This document shows, piece by piece, positions 6,655 through 12,458 of a stretch of DNA of 12,458 nucleotides (positions within the stretch are counted from its first letter, which is position 1; the number at the start of each line of letters is the position of its first letter). Under the pieces are notes generated by a model that searched no databases, was not told where the DNA came from, and was given only the letters and a program-made list of their open reading frames with translations. Source of the DNA: an uncultured Candidatus Bathyarchaeia archaeon (lineage in GTDB: Archaea; Thermoproteota; Bathyarchaeia; Bathyarchaeales; Bathycorpusculaceae); assembly GCA_964450845.1 (NCBI GenBank), contig CAYVGZ010000045.1, positions 1-12,458 of the forward strand, read 5' to 3'. The translations under genes were made by a program, and so were the position numbers.

Positions 6655-9021
6655 ATGGAGAGGAAACCACTTAGAATCGGCATTTTTGTCTGTGAGTGCG
6701 GTGGAAACATAGGCGACGTTATAGACGTTAAGGCAGTTGTTGACGCTGTTAAGAATTGGGAAGGAGTTGCAGTCGCTAAATATAACAAATATTTGTGCTC
6801 AAAACCAGCTCAAGAAATGATAGTTGAAGCCATAAAGAAAGAGAATTTGGACAGAGCAGTGGTTGCAAGCTGTACGCCGAGAATGCACCTTGCCACGTTC
6901 CAAAGCGTTTTAGAAAGGGCTGGTTTGAATCCCTACATGCTCGAGTTTGTAAACATTAGAGAGCAAAGCTCGTGGGTTCACGGACCGCACGCATCAACGG
7001 AAGCCACAAGGAAGGCTATAAGCCTAATTAAAGGTGGATACGAGCGAAGTCAGGAGCTTGAGCCTTTAGAAACCATAAGCGAAAAATGCTCAAGAGAAAT
7101 CCTAATTATAGGTGGTGGCATAGCTGGAATTACTGCTGCACTTGAGCTTGGATATTTAGGCTTTAAGGTATATCTTGTGGAGAGAAAACCTAGCATAGGC
7201 GGCAACATGGCAAAACTGACAAAGGTTTTTCCGACCCTTGACTGCGCTCAGTGTATTTTGACTCCAAGGATGGCTGAGGTTGGAAGGAACCCAAACGTAA
7301 ATCTGCTTACTTATGCAGAAGTACACGATGTTAGTGGGCGACCGGGCAATTATTCTGTTAAGGTTTTCATGAAGCCGCGAGGCGTGGACATTGAGAAATG
7401 TAGGAGTTGTGGCGTCTGCGCCAAAGTTTGCCCAGTAACTGTTCCAGACGAGTTTAATGAAGGCTTGTCTCAGAGGAAAGCGGCTTATATAGAGTTTCCG
7501 CAGGCTGTTCCGTCTGCTTACGCTATAGATTTTGATGTTTGTACGAAATGTGGAAAATGTGAGAAGCTTTGTCCATCTAAAGCCATAAACCTAGAGGACA
7601 AAGGCAAGACTGTCGAGCTAAACGTTGGCGCGATAATTTTAGCCACAGGATACAAGCTTTACGATGCCAGAAACTTGGAAATTTACGGTTATGGCAATTA
7701 CAAAGATGTTATAACAATGATGGATTTGGAGAGGCTTACTTCTGCTACAGGACCCACAGGTGGCTATGTTAAGAGAGCTGATGGTAGTGACGTTAAGAAG
7801 ATGGCTATTGTGTTGTGTGCTGGTTCAAGAGATAAGAACTACATTCCCTACTGCAGCCGCATTTGCTGCATGTATTCGCTGAAGCAGGCGTTTGTTCTTA
7901 AGAAGATGTTGGGAATAGATGTTACAATTCATTATATTGACATAAGGGCTACGGGTAGGGGCTATGAAGACCTTTACTGGCGAGACGAGGAAGCAGGAGT
8001 TGTTTTTATACGTGGAAAAGTGGCTGAAATCTATAAGAACAGTGGTAATGGTAAACTTGTAGTTTTGGCTGAGGACACGTTGACGGGTGAGACTGGGGAA
8101 TACGAGTATGATATGGTTGCTTTGGCTACGCCTATGGTTGCGCCCAGTGGTTTGAAGGAGTTGGCGGATAAGATGAAGGTTGCTACGGGTGAGGATGGTT
8201 TTGTTACGGAGAAGCATCCTAAGCTTGATCCTGTTGATTCGCTTGTTAGTGGAGTTTTTGTTTGTGGTTGTGCTTTGAGTCCTAAGGATGTTCGGGATAC
8301 GGTTTCTGATGGTTTGGGGGCTGCTTCGAGGGCTTCTTTGTTTTTGAAGAGTGATTATGTTACTACGAGTCCAGAGAAGGCGTATGTTATTGCGGATTTG
8401 TGTAATGGATGTGGTGAGTGTGTTAAGGTTTGTCCTGTTAACGCTATAACGATGGTGGATGGTAAGGCGAGGATTGATCCGTTTCAGTGTGTTGGTTGTG
8501 GTGCTTGTGTTCCTGTTTGTCCGTTGGAGGCTATTGATTTTAAGAATTCGACGGCGAGGCAGATGGTTGCTGAGTTGAGGGGTGTTTTGGCGGATAAGCA
8601 AAGCGATGAGGTTAGGGTTGTTGCGTTTGTTGATCGGAATGTTGGTTATACTGGTATGGATTTTTTGGGTTTGGATAGAACGAATTATCCAGAGAATATT
8701 CGGATTGTGTCTGTTCCGTCTACGGCTATTTTGGGTTTGAAGCATTTGCTTTGTGCGTTTGCGTTTGGTGCTGATGGTGTTTTGGTGATTGAGGGTTCGC
8801 AGGAGATTGATGAGCGGTTTACGAAGAAGAGGGTGATTGAGTTTGGACGGGAGTTGGCGAAGTATGGTGTTGAGAGTATGCGTGTGCGGTACAGTTATGT
8901 GCCTTTGCCCGTGTATAAGAAGGCTGCTGAGTTGTTTACGATGTTTGTGGATAGAATTAAAAAGTTTGGTCCGTTGGCGGATGATAAGCGTAATGCAATT
9001 AGGGAAAAGTTGCGGATGTAG
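6655..9021 (+). CDS. hdrA: Heterodisulfide reductase subunit A-like flavoprotein with fused C-terminal ferredoxin and degenerate MvhD domain
   Basis: Start reassigned to ATG 6655 (GGAG upstream), giving 788 aa. Motifs: FVCECGGNIG, LCS, ASCTPRMH, IIGGGIAG, KVFPTLDCAQC, inserted ferredoxin (CRSCGVCAKVCP, CTKCGKCEKLCP), MDLERL, YCSRICCMYSLK, C-terminal ferredoxin (CNGCGECVKVCP, CVGCGACVPVCP) and an MvhD-like tail (YPENIRIV..AFAFGADGVLV). Confidence 0.92.
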   Translation: MERKPLRIGIFVCECGGNIGDVIDVKAVVDAVKNWEGVAVAKYNKYLCSKPAQEMIVEAIKKENLDRAVVASCTPRMHLATFQSVLERAGLNPYMLEFVNIREQSSWVHGPHASTEATRKAISLIKGGYERSQELEPLETISEKCSREILIIGGGIAGITAALELGYLGFKVYLVERKPSIGGNMAKLTKVFPTLDCAQCILTPRMAEVGRNPNVNLLTYAEVHDVSGRPGNYSVKVFMKPRGVDIEKCRSCGVCAKVCPVTVPDEFNEGLSQRKAAYIEFPQAVPSAYAIDFDVCTKCGKCEKLCPSKAINLEDKGKTVELNVGAIILATGYKLYDARNLEIYGYGNYKDVITMMDLERLTSATGPTGGYVKRADGSDVKKMAIVLCAGSRDKNYIPYCSRICCMYSLKQAFVLKKMLGIDVTIHYIDIRATGRGYEDLYWRDEEAGVVFIRGKVAEIYKNSGNGKLVVLAEDTLTGETGEYEYDMVALATPMVAPSGLKELADKMKVATGEDGFVTEKHPKLDPVDSLVSGVFVCGCALSPKDVRDTVSDGLGAASRASLFLKSDYVTTSPEKAYVIADLCNGCGECVKVCPVNAITMVDGKARIDPFQCVGCGACVPVCPLEAIDFKNSTARQMVAELRGVLADKQSDEVRVVAFVDRNVGYTGMDFLGLDRTNYPENIRIVSVPSTAILGLKHLLCAFAFGADGVLVIEGSQEIDERFTKKRVIEFGRELAKYGVESMRVRYSYVPLPVYKKAAELFTMFVDRIKKFGPLADDKRNAIREKLRM

Positions 9022-9153
9022 CGGTGCGTAGTGTCTAGACACTTCTCTTATCGAGTTTGCGTGCGTGTAACAACTTATAGCCCCTCTATTTATAGGTAAA
9101 TGGGTTGTGGGTGTTGTAGGTTAGATAAATTCGATTAATGTTTGTGTGAAGTG

Positions 9154-9160
9154 TTTTTTT
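9154..9160 (+). terminator. Possible archaeal oligo-T terminator of hdrA
   Basis: T7 run about 130 nt after the hdrA stop and just upstream of the predicted GH3 promoter; the T-rich context lowers specificity. Confidence 0.3.
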
Positions 9161-9182
9161 GCCAGTTATTAATGAAGCATGT

Positions 9183-9195
9183 GATAATTTATTTA
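9183..9195 (+). promoter_or_regulatory. BRE/TATA of the GH3 gene (likely leaderless transcript)
   Basis: GATAAT (BRE-like) followed by TTATTTA, ending about 25 nt before ATG 9221; no SD sequence. Confidence 0.4.
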
Positions 9196-9220
9196 GTTGT
9201 GTTATCTATTTGTATTTCAA

Positions 9221-10357
9221 ATGTTTCGTGAAGACAGTGACTTTGGAATCTTTGGGTCTATAATTGGCTCGTGGTATGAATCTTTAAAAGACCCAGAACT
9301 TTATCAGAAAAAAGTCCTAGTGGATTTAGTCAGAGAGTATGATAAAACTGTTTATGGACAAAATCACAATGCGTCTGAAATTGAAGACATTGAGAGCTTT
9401 AGAAGGAACTTTCCAATTGTTGATTATAGTGGTCTTAGCCCGTATTTTGACGAAGCGGTAAAAGGCAATTATAAGGCTATTCTTCCTGAGCCAGTTTTGT
9501 GTTGGGTTATGACTCGAGGCTCAACAGGTGCTGCAAAAGTCTTGCCAGCAACTAAAACTCACATGGAACAGATTTTTACGTGCGGGGCAAGGGCATTGGT
9601 GAATTATACGATAAGAAAAAAAGACTTCGAAATATTCAATGGAAGAATCCTCAACCTAAATTTTCCATCCAACGTCCACGCCATGAATGTTTCTGGCCAA
9701 GAAGTCACTTACGGTTACAGTTCTGGCACTTATGCAAGGCTTAATCCAATGCTTAATGAAGTTAGTCTTGTGCCACGACAAGAAGAAATTGACTCTTTAG
9801 GTTCAGGCATAACTACGCGAGATTGGGAGAACAGATTCGAATTGGCGTATCAAAAAGGGCTGGCTGAAAACGTAGTTGCCACCATGGGGGTTACACCAAT
9901 AATCATGGCTTTCGCTAGATATGTGAAAAGAAAGCATGGAAAAAAGCCTAGGGACCTTTGGAAGTTTCGAGCCCTGTTCTGCACGAGCGTTCGGAAAATC
10001 CAATTTAAATATGCACCGAAATTGAGGAAATTTTTCGGCGAAATTCCAGTTGTCGAAATCTATAGTGCTACTGAAGGAGTCTTCGGACAACAACTCGACG
10101 ATTTGCCGTATATTTCACCAAACTACGACAAATATCTGTTTGAAGTGGAAACCCGTCAAGGAACAAAGATGCTGCATGAACTTAAGCGCGGAGAATGGGG
10201 CAAGCTAATAATCTCATCCTGCATGTTTCCAAGATATGACATTGGCGACTTAATAGAAGCAGCTGGAAAAAACTATTTTCGCGTGTTCGGAAGGAACAAG
10301 CTCTTAATACGCTTGGAACATAGGCTATACAGGTTTTTCCTCACATGGGCAACTTAG
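9221..10357 (+). CDS. GH3-family (acyl-adenylate-forming) protein, short form
   Basis: ATG 9221 preferred over TTG 9197, giving 378 aa. GH3-type N-terminus (P..Q..VL..L..T.YG..F...P...Y..L.PY), P-loop-like TRGSTGAAK, EIYSATEG, RYDIGD and hinge FRVFGR. Confidence 0.8.
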   Translation: MFREDSDFGIFGSIIGSWYESLKDPELYQKKVLVDLVREYDKTVYGQNHNASEIEDIESFRRNFPIVDYSGLSPYFDEAVKGNYKAILPEPVLCWVMTRGSTGAAKVLPATKTHMEQIFTCGARALVNYTIRKKDFEIFNGRILNLNFPSNVHAMNVSGQEVTYGYSSGTYARLNPMLNEVSLVPRQEEIDSLGSGITTRDWENRFELAYQKGLAENVVATMGVTPIIMAFARYVKRKHGKKPRDLWKFRALFCTSVRKIQFKYAPKLRKFFGEIPVVEIYSATEGVFGQQLDDLPYISPNYDKYLFEVETRQGTKMLHELKRGEWGKLIISSCMFPRYDIGDLIEAAGKNYFRVFGRNKLLIRLEHRLYRFFLTWAT

Positions 10358-10761
10358 ACTGCAGGATATCTTCTTCTCGCCATCATTAGTGCATATATTG
10401 TCCCAACTATCAGCAGCAATCCGGCAATAATAATGAAGGAAGCCCATACAACTTGTCTGGTAAACGCAGTAATGACGCCTGTTACTTGCAGAAAAGAGAT
10501 TAAGCCTATAATTAGCAATATGCATCCGCCAATGAAAGGTCCAATGAAGGCATATTCGCCCTTCTCGTGTTTCTCCCCTTTCTCTTGCTTTTCCTCTTTT
10601 TCGTGTTTCTCGCCCTTTTCTTCTTTCTCACTTCTATAACGTCTAGGTGCGATTGGTTGTTGCTCAGTGGGTTGTGCTTCAGCTTTTAATGGTGCCCCAC
10701 AACGAGGACAAAAGCTCATATCCTCTCTAACTTTGTAACCGCATTTTTTACACTCTGACAT
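10354..10761 (-). CDS. Zinc-ribbon domain membrane protein with EKx repeat linker
   Basis: ATG 10761 (AAGGTG upstream; GTG 10767 is an alternative start). CKKC-x14-CPRC, then (EKx)8, then two hydrophobic helices and a basic RRRY tail. Confidence 0.8.
   Translation of the reverse strand: MSECKKCGYKVREDMSFCPRCGAPLKAEAQPTEQQPIAPRRYRSEKEEKGEKHEKEEKQEKGEKHEKGEYAFIGPFIGGCILLIIGLISFLQVTGVITAFTRQVVWASFIIIAGLLLIVGTIYALMMARRRYPAV
10558..10629 (-). repeat. In-frame 9-bp tandem repeat, 8 units encoding EKx
   Basis: GAR-AAR-NNN x8 = EKE EKG EKH EKE EKQ EKG EKH EKG. Confidence 0.9.
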
Positions 10762-10804
10762 TATCACACCTTACCTATACCTTACCATCTTATTCCTTTC
10801 CAAA

Positions 10805-10850
10805 TATTTAAAACATCCCAAAAAGCCGATTCAATTAAGAAATGTTATAT
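10805..10850. promoter_or_regulatory. Divergent promoters for the zinc-ribbon gene and the 167-aa gene
   Basis: TTTAAATA on the - strand (10812-10805) and AAGAAAtgTTATAT on the + strand (10837-10850). Confidence 0.45.
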
Positions 10851-10884
10851 GCGCAACGGCAAAAATATATAGAGGCGATAAAGA

Positions 10885-11388
10885 ATGGCGAAACCCTTTG
10901 AAGGTTTTACACAAAGATCGACAGAACGCTTAATCAGCGTTTCTTCCGTAGGCTTTTTCCTAGTCTTAATCGGTATGATCTTTGCATTAACACCTGGTTT
11001 TTTCAGCGCTCTTTTAACGTTTTTCGATGACCTTAGTTTGGTTCAAGTTCCTAATGTTTATACTGGGATTGTTCTTCCAGCACCAGAAAACCCTGCCGAC
11101 CACACTACTGTTTATTCAGTTGCGTCGTGGTTCAGTTTTGGATGGGGAATATTTCTCGTAGCCTTACTCGTATTGAGGGTTATTGTCAATTCTCCGTTGA
11201 AGAAGAAGGCACAAAACGCGTCAGACGTCTTTTATTGGCTAGCAAGCGGTTTTCTCATTGGCTATTTTCTTAATGAAACCACCACTACTGTGATGTGGTT
11301 TTCATTTTGGACTGCAATAATAATGCTTCTCGGCTTGTCATTGATTATTAGAGCCTGTATTTTGGCGGTTTTTCATGTAATGCGCTAA
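10885..11388 (+). CDS. Hypothetical integral membrane protein (about 4 TM helices)
   Basis: 167 aa with four hydrophobic stretches; GAGGCG upstream of ATG, a TATA-like box upstream and a terminator-like element downstream. No family recognised. Confidence 0.7.
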   Translation: MAKPFEGFTQRSTERLISVSSVGFFLVLIGMIFALTPGFFSALLTFFDDLSLVQVPNVYTGIVLPAPENPADHTTVYSVASWFSFGWGIFLVALLVLRVIVNSPLKKKAQNASDVFYWLASGFLIGYFLNETTTTVMWFSFWTAIIMLLGLSLIIRACILAVFHVMR

Positions 11389-11400
11389 AAGCATGTCACT

Positions 11401-11425
11401 AGCTGTGCATGTTACAGCTTTTTTT
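11401..11425 (+). terminator. Hairpin plus T7 terminator after the 167-aa membrane gene
   Basis: AGCTGT-gcatgtt-ACAGCT (6-bp stem, 7-nt loop) running into TTTTTTT, 12 nt after the stop codon. Confidence 0.55.
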
Positions 11426-11546
11426 ATCCTAACGCTCTCTACAAAACCCATAACTGTCATTCTTTAACTCAATTTTCAGACTTCAATCCCATTTAAGGTT
11501 TAAACAACTGAACTAAATTGTTTCAAGCAAAGTAGGAGCTATAAGA

Positions 11547-11560
11547 CATAAAGTTTTAAT
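11547..11560 (+). promoter_or_regulatory. BRE/TATA of the acyl-CoA ligase gene
   Basis: CATAAAG-TTTTAAT, about 48 nt upstream of the TTG start. Confidence 0.45.
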
Positions 11561-11607
11561 CTGATTATCAGCTCAAATCAATAATCAGCCTAAGAAGGTC
11601 ATCTGTC

Positions 11608-12458
11608 TTGGTTACGTTATATCTTGACAAGATTTTTAATCCCCGAACCGTCGCCATAATCGGCGCAAGCGACGAACAAGACACTGTTGGCTACACGTTA
11701 ATGAAAAATTTTACAGAACATGGTTTTGAAGGCAAAATCTACCCAGTTAACATTCGCAAAACCGAAATCCATGGCTTAAAAGCCTACCAAACCGTAGAAC
11801 AAATTCCAGAACCAGTCGACCTTGCAGTAATCGCCACACCAGCAGAAACCGTTCCAGAAATAGTGGAACAATGCGGAAAAGCAGGAATAAAAGGCATAAT
11901 AATCATTTCTGCTGGTTTCAAAGAAGTCGGTCCAGAAGGCAGGGCTCTAGAAGATGAAATTCAAGAAATAAGAAAGAAATACGGTCTAAGAATTATAGGA
12001 CCTAACTGTTTAGGAATTATCCGCTCAAGCATACATTTAAACGCTACATTTATAAGCAAAACGCCAAAACCTGGCAACATAGCCTTCATTTCCCAGAGCG
12101 GTGCCCTAGGATCAGCAATCCTTGATTGGGCAATACATGAAAACATAGGCTTCAGCAACTTCGTCTCAGTTGGCTCAATGATTGACGTGGACTTTGGCGA
12201 CCTTATAGACTACTTTGGCACAGACCCTAAAACAAGAAGCATTTTAATGTATATTGAAGGGCTGACAGACGCCAGAAAATTCATGAGCGCCGCAAGACAC
12301 TTCGCAAGAACCAAACCCATAATCGTCGTAAAAGCCGGCAAATTCAGCGAAAGCGCAAAAGCCGCAGCTTCCCACACAGGTTCGCTTACTGGCGAAGACA
12401 TGATATACGATGCAGCATTCAAACGCGCCGGAATCGTCCGCGTTGACGAAATCTCCGA
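11608..12458 (+). CDS. ADP-forming acyl/acetate-CoA ligase alpha-like (CoA-binding) protein, possibly an Acd-GNAT fusion; partial, runs off the right edge
   Basis: Not in the ORF track; translated manually from TTG 11608 (AAGGT upstream): MVTLYLDKIFNPRTVAIIGAS..IYPVN..VDLAVIATP..IIISAGFKE..RIIGPNCLG..AFISQSGALG..MYIEG..KPIIVVKAG..AASHTGSL (phospho-His motif). Open to the end of the window. Confidence 0.9.
   Translation, partial: MVTLYLDKIFNPRTVAIIGASDEQDTVGYTLMKNFTEHGFEGKIYPVNIRKTEIHGLKAYQTVEQIPEPVDLAVIATPAETVPEIVEQCGKAGIKGIIIISAGFKEVGPEGRALEDEIQEIRKKYGLRIIGPNCLGIIRSSIHLNATFISKTPKPGNIAFISQSGALGSAILDWAIHENIGFSNFVSVGSMIDVDFGDLIDYFGTDPKTRSILMYIEGLTDARKFMSAARHFARTKPIIVVKAGKFSESAKAAASHTGSLTGEDMIYDAAFKRAGIVRVDEIS

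Noticed and set aside
1684-6788. Small ORFs overlapping the adaptor, trxB, MFS, hdrD-like and hdrA 5' regions (e.g. 5321-5743, 5076-5372, 6209-6508, 6564-6788)
   Set aside because: They lie largely or wholly within well-supported genes and have no independent coding signal.
7231-7260. Selenocysteine in HdrA
   Set aside because: The DCxxU position is TGT (Cys, 7252-7254), and no in-frame TGA is needed in any gene.
5446-9021. Evidence for methanogenesis
   Set aside because: HdrA- and HdrD-like proteins are widespread in non-methanogens, and no mcr/mtr genes are in the window.
7825-9042. 405-aa antisense ORF opposite hdrA
   Set aside because: It is in codon register with hdrA. Antisense stops require sense TTA/CTA/TCA, which are absent here because of the T/G third-position skew. 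The N/T/I/H/L-rich product has no motifs. Shadow ORF.
10358-10550. Frameshifted continuation of GH3
   Set aside because: The downstream + frames are simply the antisense of the neighbour's TM helices, with no GH3-like sequence.
10558-10629. CRISPR or mobile-element repeat
   Set aside because: It is a 9-bp in-frame coding repeat with no spacers and no cas or transposase genes.
9803-12422. ORFs 9803-10093, 10325-10525, 10433-10639, 11961-12158 and 12210-12422
   Set aside because: Shadows of the GH3, zinc-ribbon and acyl-CoA ligase genes.

Overview
Archaeal redox-metabolism region, probably Bathyarchaeia-like. That assignment is an inference from gene content, TATA/BRE-like promoters and the EKx-repeat zinc-ribbon gene. 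From left to right: a minus-strand operon with overlapping genes encoding a tandem (2x[4Fe-4S] ferredoxin + MvhD)x2 protein, NfnA and NfnB (partial; electron-bifurcating transhydrogenase NfnAB/SudBA family); trxB; an MFS efflux transporter; an HdrD-like Fe-S/CCG protein divergent from a full-length HdrA whose fused C-terminal MvhD domain has lost all [2Fe-2S] cysteines; a C-terminally short GH3-family adenylating enzyme; a zinc-ribbon/EKx-repeat membrane protein; a 4-TM hypothetical protein; and the 5' part of an ADP-forming acyl-CoA synthetase-family gene. No hydrogenase, Fdh, Flx or HdrBC genes, RNA genes, CRISPR or mobile elements are visible. The most notable signals are the Nfn-(Fd-MvhD)2-HdrA-HdrD cluster with several non-canonical Fe-S ligand sets, strong block-wise G+T versus A+C strand skew, and several promoter-overlapping dyads. 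All calls come from manual motif reading; no database searches were run.
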